Positions 36,933 to 49,953 of a DNA stretch of 64,000 nt are shown here, piece by piece. The notes under the pieces are model-generated. The model was not told the origin of the DNA. It was given only the letters and a program-made list of their open reading frames with translations, and did no database searches. Numbering within the stretch: the first letter of the stretch is position 1; the number at the start of each line of letters is the position of its first letter. The translations under genes were made by a program, and so were the position numbers. Origin of the DNA: Alloascoidea hylecoeti (taxonomy: Eukaryota). The stretch spans positions 349,970-413,969 of the forward strand of contig BCKZ01000017.1 in assembly GCA_001600815.1 (NCBI GenBank), written 5' to 3'.

Positions 36933-38471
36933 TTAGTACCTAACTTCATACGAGCCAGCTTTTGCTATATATCTAACCCATTTAACTGTATTATACCCAC
37001 TTTTCTCAAAAATCTTTAAAAATCTTACCACTAAACCAGAACAGCTAAACATTAATAAATTGAATTTAATACTAATTGGTGTTCTATTCCAAGATTGTGA
37101 TTTACCATCTTGTCCCTTTCTATTACCGTTTCTGCTGGAATTAATCATAGTACCAGTGTTATTACCTGGATTATTATTATTATTATTATTATAAGACGAT
37201 AATTCAACTTCTGCTTTGAAAGTATACTCTCCTCCCCCGATGAATCTTGCAAATTTCCAGACGATTTGATGTTCTGATGGATCATATTTAGCTTTACCAC
37301 TAGTTACTGAATGGTTTGTCTTTATAGAATTATCAGGAACAGGAATATTAATAATAACATCAGTTGCATATAACTTTGAGCTATATAAAGCTCTAATTGA
37401 GATATTATATTCGACTTTAGTTTTGCCAATTTCGACAATTTGAGGATAAATCCTAAATGGTAAATTGATATTTTCAGTAGTTCTATATTTCATTAATTCA
37501 AATTCCCCATCTGGTGGTATAAAACTAATTGTTCGATCTTGATCAAATTGTCCTAATTTAACACATTGATGGAATTGACAATCTTCTAAAACAACTTCTC
37601 CTGCAGCAGCCTTTGGTATTGCTTTTTTATTTTTAACATCATAATCTGCTAAATGTCCCTCAATGCTGCTTCCGACGGATAAACTATCATTAAGACCAAA
37701 TTTACATTCTGGCATACCAGATAAATGGGTTTTCATTTGAATATGACCAGAAACATAAGAAGTTAAAACAGAACCATTGGAGCCAATTAATAGATTAACT
37801 TCTTCCAAAACATCTAAAAATGCTTCATTCTTTCTATATTTGATATCTGGCCTTCTCCAACTGATTGCGCTTGTCGCTTGATTTGTAATCATTGAAGCCT
37901 GTTTTTTGATTTTGTTATTTCCGATAATACTATTACCATTACCATTGTTATTGTTGCTATTACTGTTGCTACTGCTGCTATTTGGCAAACCACCTTTTGA
38001 ATCGACATAGAGTTTTAAGGAATTAAATTCAGTATTTTGAGGGTAGCCAAAATCCAAAATCTCGTCCAAAATTTCATAAATTGTATAGAATTTTGTTCTT
38101 ATTTTATATTCATTTATCACATCTCCGAAATATTGTTTTAAAATATCAATGAGTTTATATAAAAATTCAAATATTAATGAGGCATCTGTATTTGATCTAG
38201 TTACCGCAACGTAATATAAATTATCTTTCTTTATGTGTAAGAAAGTTGTTGAACCAAGTGTTAAAACCGGTGATCTTGTCTATTATTCATGAGATATTAG
38301 AAATTGTAATAAATAAATAAATAAATTTATGAACAAAAATATATTTACATCGACATTGGTTATTACTTGGATCCGAAAGACATCCGCTATGCTCCGCCTG
38401 ACTCCGTTTTTCATTAGCTTACTAATAAGAACCTCGCCCTTTGGGTTGAATATAAAGAAACCGGTAATCAT
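36933..38471 (-). CDS. APM4: AP-2 adaptor mu subunit, two exons (38471-38349, 38279-36933)
   Basis: DVFRIQVI|RSPVLTLGSTTF, ILDFGYPQ, SWRR..IKY.KNE, GMPECKFGLND, FIPPDGEF, KWVRY. 69-nt intron GTAAAT...CTAAT...TAG restores the frame. Confidence 0.93.
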
Positions 38472-38823
38472 TCTGAGGGTTGAGAGTAAGATTGGAACTG
38501 AGGGTTGAGTCCTAGGGTTGGATATGAAGAAAGAAAGCTAAATATAATTATAAGTGAGACGCAATGTTAACTGTGGGTTGTCCTGCTGATGGGATGTTTC
38601 TTAGGCATAGTTGATTATAGTTACTGCAGCTGCATATTTAACTCCCTCGGAAAGTACCATTTACCTCATATTCCTAGTTGGCGAAAAGGATCAAGCATGC
38701 GAACAAAGGCGTAATTATTATTCCAATTGCCAGATAGTCCAAATGATAATTAAAGTATATAAACATGCTTTATCTTCCAATAATTATCGTTGGTTTTATA
38801 AATATATAAAAAAGCTTCATCAA

Positions 38824-39426
38824 ATGCTACCAAAACCTCAGTTTTTCACAAGTTTTATAATTTTAATTTTTCAAATTATAGCCAAATGCAAAGCGACCAA
38901 TCAATCAAGCTCAAACTTTAATTCCAATTCTGACTCTTCACTTCATATAAGGCTCAATATAACAAATTATCCTGAATGTGCTGATTTTTGTGTTGATAAA
39001 TATAATTATAATGAAATAACGGAAAACAAATTATTATCGTGTATTTACAATGAGTGTTATGATACTGGGTTAGACACCTCATATTATACAAGATTTATTA
39101 ATATTTACAATAGTTATTATCAAATGGCAAATAGACGACGAGAAGAGAACATCTATTTATATAATCTCAATGTTACTCTAGCTAACAGCAATGTTCCAAT
39201 GGATATCAGTACTAAAACCACATATACTAGAAAACAGGAAGAACACAGCTCAAGGTCCAAAGGTGTTTCAACTACAACCTTTGAATTAAAAAGCTATAGA
39301 CACATATTTATCTCGTCGATTATGTCACATTTGAAAGTTTTTAACTTAAATTACCATACAAGCAGCTTAAAGCGACAATATACTAGTGATGACCTATCAT
39401 ATACCGGCACATTATTTTGGCAATAA
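38824..39426 (+). CDS. Small secreted Cys-containing protein (partial CFEM-like)
   Basis: Signal-peptide-like start MLPKPQFFTSFIILIFQII. YPECADFC...LLSCIYNEC Cys pattern, N-glycosylation sequons, S/T-rich tail. Confidence 0.5.
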   Translation: MLPKPQFFTSFIILIFQIIAKCKATNQSSSNFNSNSDSSLHIRLNITNYPECADFCVDKYNYNEITENKLLSCIYNECYDTGLDTSYYTRFINIYNSYYQMANRRREENIYLYNLNVTLANSNVPMDISTKTTYTRKQEEHSSRSKGVSTTTFELKSYRHIFISSIMSHLKVFNLNYHTSSLKRQYTSDDLSYTGTLFWQ

Positions 39427-39473
39427 TGAACTCCAATTAAACTTTACAAGAATATTTAACTAGATTAATAACA

Positions 39474-40280
39474 TCACCACTCAATATCCATTTCTCCAAA
39501 AGGCTTTGAGTTATTTAATTCTTCAACCAGATTGTCAACATTATTTAAATATTTATTTAAAATTTGCTTTTTGTTTTCTGTTGTTTTTCTAATATATCCA
39601 TCTTGGTATAGCAAAGCATTATTCTTACTATTATCACTATCATTATTTTTATTGGTGTTTCTTTTTTGAGTTTCAGGAATAAGATAAAAGAATAAAAATT
39701 CTAATATTTTTAATTTAACATCTTTTGAAGTTTCTTTTTTACGAAAATGCGTACATATTTTCTTTGGGCCTTGTAAAGCTTCAAATAATCTTATATTTGG
39801 AACATTTCGAACTAATGCCGATACTAGTGTTTGTATCGCCGCTTTTTGAATAGACGTGGTGTAATTGGTACTATGATTGTTATTTGTTGTTGATGATTTT
39901 ATAATTAATCCTATTATAAGAATCATATTATGCCTTTGAGTAAATATATTTCGAGATGAGGGGTGTAATAATAATAAGCCATTAATAATTTCTAGTAATG
40001 ATAGAATATCTTCTTGTTTCAAAGTTTCAACTGTACCATTATTATTACTATGTAAAATTATCATCAATCTACTAACAATATTAAATTGAAAATTGTTTTG
40101 TAAAGATATTAATGATCCAAAAACTGGATCATTTACTGTTGGTACCTTAACAGGATGTGTTGAAATATTGGAACATAAACTTAACAGAATACTTTGAATC
40201 AGTTGAAGGCCAATATTGATATTTCCTGCATCCAACTGTGCAAAAGAAACTTCTAATTCTCGTTGTAACTCAGAAGACAT
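39474..40280 (-). CDS. SIN component Cdc14/SepM-like protein (S. pombe Cdc14 family, not the phosphatase)
   Basis: FQFNIVSRL, LLLHPSSRNIF, NIRLFEALQG, KLKILEFLFFYL.PE, KTT.NKK.IL.KYL.NV..LV.EL..PFG motifs. Confidence 0.8.
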   Translation of the reverse strand: MSSELQRELEVSFAQLDAGNINIGLQLIQSILLSLCSNISTHPVKVPTVNDPVFGSLISLQNNFQFNIVSRLMIILHSNNNGTVETLKQEDILSLLEIINGLLLLHPSSRNIFTQRHNMILIIGLIIKSSTTNNNHSTNYTTSIQKAAIQTLVSALVRNVPNIRLFEALQGPKKICTHFRKKETSKDVKLKILEFLFFYLIPETQKRNTNKNNDSDNSKNNALLYQDGYIRKTTENKKQILNKYLNNVDNLVEELNNSKPFGEMDIEW

Positions 40281-40442
40281 AATTAAATGAACAATTACAG
40301 ATGTGTATGTTTATATTTCGATTATTCCCGGAAATTAAGACACAGACCTTCCGAGCAAACTATTTTAGTATTGTCGTCGATTTCCAACTTAATTTTCAAC
40401 TCAATTTTTTTTAGTTTTTTTCTTTGTGAAAACGAAATAAAT

Positions 40443-42141
40443 ATGAGGAATATCGTTATTTTATCGGGCTCCTCTCATCCCACTTTAGCTGATAGAATAT
40501 GCAATAATCTAGGAATTGAAAAAGGTGAAACCTCATGTAAAAAGTTTAGGTAAGTTAAATCTGGGATCATCTATATGGCATTATATCTAATAATATATGT
40601 ATTGCTATAGTAATGGAGAAACTTCAATAGAAGTTCGTGAATCAGTTCGTGAAAAAGATGTTTATGTTATTCAATCTGCTGCCGGACATGTAAATGATCA
40701 CTTTATGGAATTGTTAATTATGATTTCTGCTTGTAAAACAGCTTCTGCGAAAAAAGTCACTGCTGTTTTACCTTTATTTCCATATTCAAGACAACCTGAT
40801 TTACCCTATAATAAAAAAGGTGCACCAAAAGTGAAAAGATCAGTTACAACTTCAACTTCGAATGAGATTTCAAATAATGAGAGAAAAGAAGGGCATAAAT
40901 ATGATTTTGATAAAAGTCCATTACTTGGTGGTGGGATTGGTACCGCCGGCCCGAGGAATAACAGCAATAACAATAATGGGAATATTCCTCCAGTTCCCGC
41001 TAACGAAGCTCTTCATAAAACATTAGCAAATTTAAAAGTAAATGAACCAACTACTCCTACTCATAATGCATCTTCATCGACTACTTTAGGACATTTATCT
41101 AATGATAATATTCAGCCTTTGATTTCAATGTTAACTGCATCACCAAAAATCCCACATGCTAATGATATATCCAGTGGTCGTCCAAATTTGATCTCTTTAT
41201 CTTCAGCCTCTTCTATTCCATCAACTCCACTCTCTGGTGGGTTTAATCTTGATGTTGCCCATTTAGAATACAATACAGGGTATAAAGAATGGGTTGCCCA
41301 ATCAGGAACGTTAATTGCCGATTTATTGACATGTGCTGGAGCTGATCATATCATTACCATGGATCTTCATGACCCGCAATTTCAAGGCTTTTTCAATATA
41401 CCTGTTGACAATTTATATGCGAATCAATTATTACAACAATATATTATACAATGTATCCCAAATTATTTAGATTCTGTTATTGTTAGTCCAGATGCCGGTG
41501 GTGCCAAAAGAGCAACGGCAATTGCCGACTCACTACATATAGGGTTTGCATTGATTCATAAAGAAAGAAGACACCATCATATGAATAATAATAAGAATAG
41601 AGATCATAAAAGATCTTTATCAAATACAAGTTTTAAATCAACAACTTCAAATGTTTCAACTACAAGTACGTTTTTAAATTCTACTAATTCAAGTCCTGGA
41701 TTAACTCCAACAACTGTATCAACATCGAATTTCAATACACCTTCAACAACAAACATGAATGGAAATGGAAGTGTATCAGGTTCAAAGATAACAACAATGC
41801 TCGTAGGTGATGTTAAAAATCGTGTTTGTATAATCATTGATGATTTAGTTGATACATCATTAACAATAACAAGAGCTTCAAAATTATTGAAAGATCAAGG
41901 TGCCAAGAAAGTTTACGCTTTAATAACCCATTGCATATTTAGTGGGGATGCAATTCAAAGAATTAAGAAGAGTAATATTGACTTAATAATTACAACAAAT
42001 ACAACACCACAGGAAAAGCATCAAAAAGAACTAGGCAATAAATTAAGAGTTTTAGACACTTCAAAAATATTTGCAGAAGCAATTAGAAGAATTCATAATG
42101 GTGAGAGTGTTTCAAGGCTTTTTGAACATGTTGGATTTTAA
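40443..42141 (+). CDS. PRS5: Ribose-phosphate pyrophosphokinase, Prs5-type, two exons (40443-40549, 40611-42141)
   Basis: GSSHP, KFSNGET across a 61-nt GTAAGT..TAG intron, FPYSRQ, VSPDAGG, IIDDLVDT. Two long non-homologous insertions typical of Prs5. Confidence 0.9.
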
Positions 42142-43286
42142 ATATACATTTTATACAGTATATATATCTTTTTTATATTTTAACAATGTTTGTATATATG
42201 TTTTAAGTTCTTTGAAAATCACTTATTGTATTTTTGTATTATTAGAGATCAGCTGTATTGTATCTAAATCGTACTCAAGCTCTCGGTATACAGGTTGGAT
42301 TAAAACTATTATAAATACATGAATCGTGGTAACGTCAGATAATTCGAAACCAAAGTAACAACTGTATAATTATAACTTATACTTTCAATAAGTTAGACAA
42401 ATAATTTCTCTAACACTTTGACTGATTGGAACATATTCCAACTGGAGTTGTGCATCTCATAGGCATTTGATTAAGATTCCGATAAAAAGGCAAATATTTC
42501 ACATATAACTTAAAAGGTCTAAATTTCAACATTTTTTGGGATGATATTTCAATCTTTCTTAATGAGAGATAATATCATTCAGCGAATGCGAAGTTAATTT
42601 GAAAACAGTCGACCACTGGTACTAACGTTATATAACAATTAGACTTTCAGTTGTATGTGAATAGAAAATTATTAATAATCTCAAACTGTTCCTTTCTGAG
42701 ATTCTTTTATGAATATTAATATTGATTTTATCTTGTAAGTATAGACTAGCTATATCGCTTAGAAGTTTGACATATTTCAAAGAAAATTTAAGGAATTTTG
42801 TATGAACATCAACGTCCCTTGAGAGTGTTGTTGATAATAGAACCAACTATTTCGGTTACGATCTATTACTTTAACAAATTTCAGATATATGTATTAAATT
42901 AACTTATTCATAGCACTTCATAACAAAAAGATGTAACGATTATTTAGATAATGAAACAGGATCTATAAATGAATCTGTTAATTAATTCTTTATAACAGTA
43001 TTATCGATTTTTGTAGAAGAAATTAAGCTGATCAAGTTATAATAATCATCACCAATTTTTAAAGGATTGTAAAAAGATAATAGGTTTCTATAAGTTCGGT
43101 ATACTAAGCAATGAGTATGCTTTTAGATTCGCGAAAAGCTGAGATTCCTAGGCCTAGTGGTATACTAGGAGTGTGGAAATCTGAAGTCTATAGGAAAGCT
43201 ATGATCATGAGGAATATGGGGTTAATTTATAGGTTAGGATGTATGCAAAGTACTGAGAGTGGTCTAGCCTTACCTATTAATTATTT

Positions 43287-43453
43287 GCATATTATAGTAT
43301 AACAACATGTCATAACTTATATATATATAATCGTCTTTAATCTTCAAATGCATACAACATTAGCTGTTAAAGTGTAGGTACCAGTATCAACTCAGCTAAT
43401 GTTTTACCACTAACCTATCAGAGTGAATTAAATTGAAAAGAAGTAACAAAATA
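43287..43453 (+). repeat. ~165-bp dispersed repeat, inverted copy of 52353-52526
   Basis: Direct reverse-complement comparison shows high identity with small indels. Confidence 0.85.
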
Positions 43454-44712
43454 TAGTTAAAATATAGTTATACACCCATATCATCTAATTAGATAATATT
43501 TAAATAGTGGAATTCCCATTCTTTAAGAAACCAACTTATATCACAGAATCACGAGAACCCAAATCCTAATTTTTATCCATCATACCATCTTTTGTTAAAT
43601 TAGAAAAAATATTATAAAAATATATGTCTGATATTAAATTATTAAATTTGATATATATTATCAGAGACAAAAGATCCCCTAAGTACTATTGTAATATAGT
43701 ATTCAAAATAGATGTGTAGATATTGAATGTAGAATAATTTCTATAAAATGATTGATTATGACTGGTCTTTCAAAAGAATTTTCGATACTTTAGGCATATG
43801 AATTGTAAGAAAATAATCATGCACATACCAAATGAGGTATATTTACAGCTGACGCATACACTACAAACATCATGAAAATAACTTGTCTTTTAAAAAAAGA
43901 TGACGAGAAAAATATATGGTATTAACATTTACAATTAACTCAATAAGTATACAATACATTGTGGACATATCATATTGAAAGTGTAAAATATAAGTTAAAA
44001 AATAGTTACGACTATATTAGTCTCTAGAGGATCGAAGAGTTAGTTGTATACATATATAATTATGTCTTGATGATATACTTCATATTATGTTTGGGGTAGA
44101 ATAGCTGGATTCATCAACCAACTTTAAGAGCAAAAAATTAGCAGTCTAATATTTTAAATATTGTTAAACACAATTATCTTTTACAAATTATTAGCAAATA
44201 CTTCGCGCTTTTTATATTCATATCGAATATTTCAATCAAAAGGTATTGACTTTACATTTTATCCAATACACCTAGAAACTAGGTAGAATGATTAAACAAT
44301 AATTAGTAACTTATGATCCTAATTAAAATCAACTGAACTATCTTTTCCTTTTCCCTTTATTCTTTCGTTTTTAACTACTCTTTTCAGAATCTCAGAAACG
44401 GAGAAATCAAAGTCTTAAATTTATCCATATTGCTTTATTTTTCTCCACCTAATAGTTATATATAATTACTGAATCTGCTTCTCCAGTTCAAAATATCAAG
44501 ACCAAACAGATTATATTTTTTTAGCTTTACATATAATTTCCGATTAAAGCATTTAACCTTCTAACTAGAAAATATTAAATTGAGGAACTCACTCATAGAG
44601 TATAGAATCCATTCTTGTTCTTAACTTCTCTTTAACTCTCTCTTCTTTTTTTCTTGTACTCATTATTTTTCTTTATCTTGGCACGGAACACACTCCTCCG
44701 TTATATATATTC

Positions 44713-44784
44713 GGCCGTGTGGTCTAGTGGTATGATACTCGCTTTGGGTGCGAGTGGCCCTGGGTTCAATTCCCAGCTCGGCCC
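44713..44784 (+). tRNA. tRNA-Pro (TGG), intronless
   Basis: GGCCGTGTGGTCTAGTGGTATGATACTCGCTTTGGGTGCGAGTGGCCCTGGGTTCAATTCCCAGCTCGGCCC; cloverleaf, A/B boxes, T-run terminator. Confidence 0.96.
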
Positions 44785-45264
44785 TTTTATTTTTGTATTT
44801 CTTCTTCAATATTTTACCTTAAATATTCTGATAATAAGATTCCCCTACCCACTTCATTTAATGTTTCGGGAGGTGTTCTTCCAAATTTGATACTTTTTCT
44901 TATTTTTAAAACCTTTGAGATAAAAAGGCCTTTCTTTTTTATATTTGTATCTATTATTAAATTTTTTACTCCTATAACTTTGTTTCTTAACCTTTTTTTA
45001 ATTGTGTTACACTCTCATCTTCTTTATCATTGTGGCTAAGACTACATATCTGTTTTGTGCCTCCATTCTTTCTTTTTTTTTTTTGGAACTTTATAAATCA
45101 TTTATGAGGAACTCCCATACACAGGCAAAGTCTTATATTAGTACGACAATAGTGTGGAATCTGTGGAGACTTAGCCGTGTGGATAAATCCAGGCGACAAT
45201 ACCCAGATATATTCAGCCGTGCGGCACGTGCGGCACGGAACTCACTCCTCCGTTATATATATTC

Positions 45265-45336
45265 GGCCGTGTGGTCTAGTGGTATGATACTCGCTTTGGG
45301 TGCGAGTGGCCCTGGGTTCAATTCCCAGCTCGGCCC
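45265..45336 (+). tRNA. tRNA-Pro (TGG), intronless, identical second copy
   Basis: Identical 72-nt sequence followed by a T-rich terminator. Confidence 0.96.
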
Positions 45337-45664
45337 GTTTATTTTTGTAAAACTATAGCACTTAAGTAGTTACCCGGCTTAAAAGAATAGACCATTACTT
45401 TTTTATCCCGCGGTTAAATAATTAGCTCATTACTTGTAACTTATGGTGATCTGATTTTTTCGGCCGCGCCAATTGTTAGCTAGGTGGCATTATATACTAA
45501 GAGGCTTAAGTGGAATGACCTAGTTTTATAATAACAGTAGTGATCAAGTTAGTAATAATTGTCATTAATTATTTCATATTAATTGCAATTAAACAATTAT
45601 ATTTATTTTATCTACAAAAATTCATGAGCATACCAACTAATTTAAATATAACTTATAGAAAAGA

Positions 45665-45765
45665 ATAAAATAAAATAAAATAAAATAAAATAAAATAAAA
45701 TAAAATAAAATAAAATAAAATAAAATAAAATAAAATAAAATAAAATAAAATAAAATAAAATAAAA
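45665..45765. repeat. (TAAAA)n microsatellite
   Basis: About 20 perfect pentamer units. Confidence 0.95.
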
Positions 45766-45890
45766 GAGAATACTGTAATGTATTTGATAATGACATGGAA
45801 GTTAAAAGTTATATAGCTCTATATGAATCAAAATGAGAATCCTTATTCATTTTTAATATATGTAGATGTATTATAGATATAGTATTAATA

Positions 45891-48013
45891 TTAATTTGTA
45901 CTATGAGTTAGTTTTAAATAATTGTGTTGTGTTGCAGGAGTTGGAGTAGTTTCTTTGTCATTATCATTTTCATTTAATTTTTCCTTTTCATTTAAATTTT
46001 GCAATTGACTTGAATTTGAAATTACCGTATCTTCAGTTCTTTTTTCATCAATTAATGATTTATCATTACAATGATTTGTGGAATCTGATTCAGATTCTAC
46101 TAATGAATGAGAATTTGAACTTGATCTTGTTTCTGTATCTACACCAGAAGATTCGGATTCATTTTTTAAATTTTTTTCCTTTTCTTGTTCCAATTCCAAT
46201 TCTAATTCTTTCTCTTTTTGTTCTTTTTCTTTTTGTTGCTTTTCTTTTTCTTTTCGTTCCTTTCTTTCTAAATCTTTTTTCCTTTTTGATTCTTCATTTA
46301 TTCTATTAACATCAGCTTCAGTAACTAAATGATGTTCATGATCACTTGAAGCAATAAATTTACCATTTGAGTCTATTGTGCATAAAGATAAACTTTTAAT
46401 CCAATCATCTTGAAAAATCTCATCCATTGTTGCTCTTTTTGAAGGATCTAATTGTAACATTTTACCAATTATTGGTCTTGAAGCAGTTGGTAATAAACGT
46501 AATAAACGATTTGGACCAGTTATATGTTTATGATTATGGCCATCTTTACCTTTTATTTCAGTTTCTTCAGGTTTTGAAGAAAATAATTTAAAAGAATTAT
46601 CACTTTCTTTTGGTACTTTCCATGGGAATCTATTTAAAGACATACAACAAAATATAATAGCAATACTCCAAATATCGGTTTTTTGTGGATCATAACTTGA
46701 TTGAGATTTCATAATTTCAGGAGCTAAATATGGATCAGAACCAACTATTCCAGTACTTAATAAAGTTCCTTTTGTATTTGGATATTTAAAAACAGTTGAA
46801 GAACCAAAATCAATTAATTTTAATATACCATTATTTGAAACAACACAATTATCTAATTTTAAATCGCGATGAGCTAAACCAACAGAATGTAAATAATTAA
46901 CACCATTTAAAATTTGTTTAAAATAACAATTAATTTCTTGTCTTGACATAAAACCCGACATTACAATTGTGAAGAAATCAAATGGAGCACATTCCATAAC
47001 TTCAAAAAATCGATTACCATCATGTATAATATCAACAGTTTCAATAACATTAATATGATGTAAAGTTGAACCAATACAAAATTCAGCATTTACTTTTCTA
47101 TTATAATTTTTTTCAGATTCATTAGCATGTCTTGGACGAAATTCTTTAACAGCTAATTTTCTTTTTTCTTTTGGGGTTTCAATTGTGAAAACAGAACCGC
47201 CAGCACCTGAACCTAAAATTTGACCAATTTTACCATATTTTTTTTCCAAATCATCTTGAGATTTGATTAATTTGGTTAAAGCATTTTGAGATTTTTTAGA
47301 AGTTAGGGCCTCACCAGGAGTCATTGAATGTAAAGCATCATATAAATCATCAATGTGACCATGGTCTACAGCATTATCATAACCAGGAGTTGTATCAATT
47401 AAACTATTTTCTAAACGTCTTTGTGGTTTAAAAAATCTTTTCAATTCAACCACACCAGATTTATCATCAGATGAAAGATTTGAAGATGAATTTGCAGAAG
47501 AATGGATACCAAAAAAGCCATGACTATGATCACTATCATGATGAGCATGACGTTTGAAAAAAGATCTGTGTTTTGGGGAATTGATGGATGATGATGACAG
47601 GTGATGTTCATTATTTACAGAAGATTGGCGGGAAGTTGATATGGATGAGTCCGTTGGACTTCTCGGACTAGCTACCTATAGATGTATGTCAATTAGCGTC
47701 AAAGACGGCAAACAAGTATGGTACTAATTATAAAAGAAATAAATTTACTTACTACTTCGGATATGATCGCTTCTCTAACGTGTGGTTCATTTATATCGAC
47801 ATTTTGTAAAGCGAGAGAGATTTGGTGTTGGTCTGGACGAGCGTTACCGTTACAGGAAGAATCGGAAGTAGTGCTGGTACTGGTGGTGTTCTCGATGACT
47901 ATTTTCGCATCGGACGACAAACTTGAAGAAGAGGATTTATGTCCGGGAAAAAGCAAGTTTCCGAGAGACCTGTGTTTTTTGTGTTTGTCCTGATGTGAGG
48001 CCAAAAAGGGCAT
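45891..48013 (-). CDS. Ser/Thr protein kinase of the HAL/Npr1 family (Rtk1/Hrk1-like), two exons (48013-47753, 47675-45891)
   Basis: LGSGAGGSV, AVKEF, AEFCIGSTLHH, HRDLKLDN, DFG, GSDPYLAPE. 77-nt GTAAGT...CTAAT...TAG intron gives a continuous frame (~681 aa). Confidence 0.9.
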
Positions 48014-48348
48014 TTCTGTGGAATTTGAAGGAGTCGTAAGAAGATGAGAAGAATAAACTCAGAAGAGAAGAGAAGAAAATAAAATATAAAATAATAATGT
48101 CAAATAGAATAGCAGTAGAAAATGAGAACATATCTTCGGCTCCGCAGTTCCGCACAACCGTTCGTTCCGCGCACACATATGCACGGCGGCATATACGACG
48201 ATGCTTGTCGCCGCACGACGCACGGATGCCTGCATGGGTGCACCCACACACCCTTTTTGTTTTCTGCCATTTTAAATTTGCTTGTCACTTCTACTTTCAT
48301 TTTAAACCTCCGCAGTCACTTTTTTATATATGAACACACCACTCCGCC

Positions 48349-48792
48349 ATGTCTACTTCGTCCCCCCTCTCTTCCTCCTTTTGCAGCAGCACCTCGCCGT
48401 CCCCCTCCCCCTCGCCGTCCACCTCCCCTTCAAAACGTCCCCAGCCACGTAAGCCCAAACGAAACGTGTCCCCCAAACAATCCGACCTACCCCTTCAGCC
48501 GTCGATCCAAAACCTCCAAACAAACAATACACCCAAGGGTATGAAAACAATGTCCATGATTACAAACCCATCCATATTGGCTGCTATTAAACAGGCCGAC
48601 AGAGCACAAACTCAACAGAATATCTCTTCCGCTCCCTCAAAGCCAAGACGGAAACCCAAAAAAATGCAACTATTGCAGCAACAACAAAAATCGGATTCCG
48701 CCGCCGGTGCGAATGAATTATCAACTCCAAAAAAATCTAAAAAGAAAGAAAACAAAGCAAAAAGTAATAATAATAATAACAATAATAATAAC

Positions 48793-48844
<52 letters not shown>

Positions 48845-49953
48845 TCTCTAATGTTAATTCTAATAAAAAAGATGTTGATGACAGTATTGTTACACCAATA
48901 AAACGAGTGTCCAAGAAAAAAATTAATCAACAGCCGTCTCCACCAACACAACAACAACAGATTTCAACCCCTCTTTCAAACAATCCAACTTTTCAATACC
49001 AATCGTTATCTCTACCTCCGGTTTCTGGTAAATATGCTGGTTCATCCTTTCATCAGTCACCTGCTCCTACTTTATTACCCAAACCTACTTTTATTGCTAA
49101 AGATAATCAAAATTCTCATTCAGCTTTTGATTTTAATGATAATTTCACCCCTAAAAAACTTTCTTTTAAGGATTTGGTTGTATCAAACGATAAGGAAAAT
49201 ATAAATGAGAATGTAAATGTGATGCAGAATCTGAATGGGAATGATAATATAAATCAGCAAAAATATTTACAATCTCAACAACCATCACAACAACAGTTAA
49301 ATTTCCATTCACCATCTTCTTCATTTTCATTTAATTCAAATAGTTCAAGTTCAAATTCTTCTACATCTCCTGCTTCAACTTCTGTTTTACCCCCACCATC
49401 AAATTTTACTACCCAACACCCTTCATCATTATGGCCGGTACCAAAATCTGCTTTTGAACCATATCCACCACAACTTCTGCCATATGGTTCGATGCCATCA
49501 CCACAGTATAAACATGGATATCCATTAGATCCATCAAAATCAATAACTTCAAGAGATTCTTTTAATAATAACCATCGTTTTTTAAATGGTCATTATTCAT
49601 CTTCTTCAATGCCATCTCAATCTCAATCTCAATCTCAATCTCAATCTTATTCTTATTATACTCCGAATGGATATCATCCTTATCATTCAGGTCATTCTAA
49701 TTCAATAACTTTAAAAGGACAAGAACCTTTTCAAAATATTGCGAAGAGAGAAATTGAAAATATTTTTCAAAATTCACCAATGTTAAATTCATCATCAAAT
49801 AATATGAATATAAATATGAATATGAACATGAATATGAATATGAATAATAACTATAATAATAGTAATACACTTTTAGGTATTAATAATGATCGTTATAATA
49901 ATGGGAATGGACAAATTGCCGATGATCTAAAGAAACTTTTAAAATTACATTGA
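48349..49953 (+). CDS. Disordered protein with Edc1/PNRC-type decapping-activator motif and C-terminal helical leucine motif
   Basis: KYAGSSFHQSPAPTLLPKP (YAG..F + LPxP) and terminal ADDLKKLLKL; poly-Asn tract. Confidence 0.75.

Noticed and set aside
44654..45358. Two similar short ORFs
   Set aside because: They are translations through the duplicated tRNA-Pro genes.
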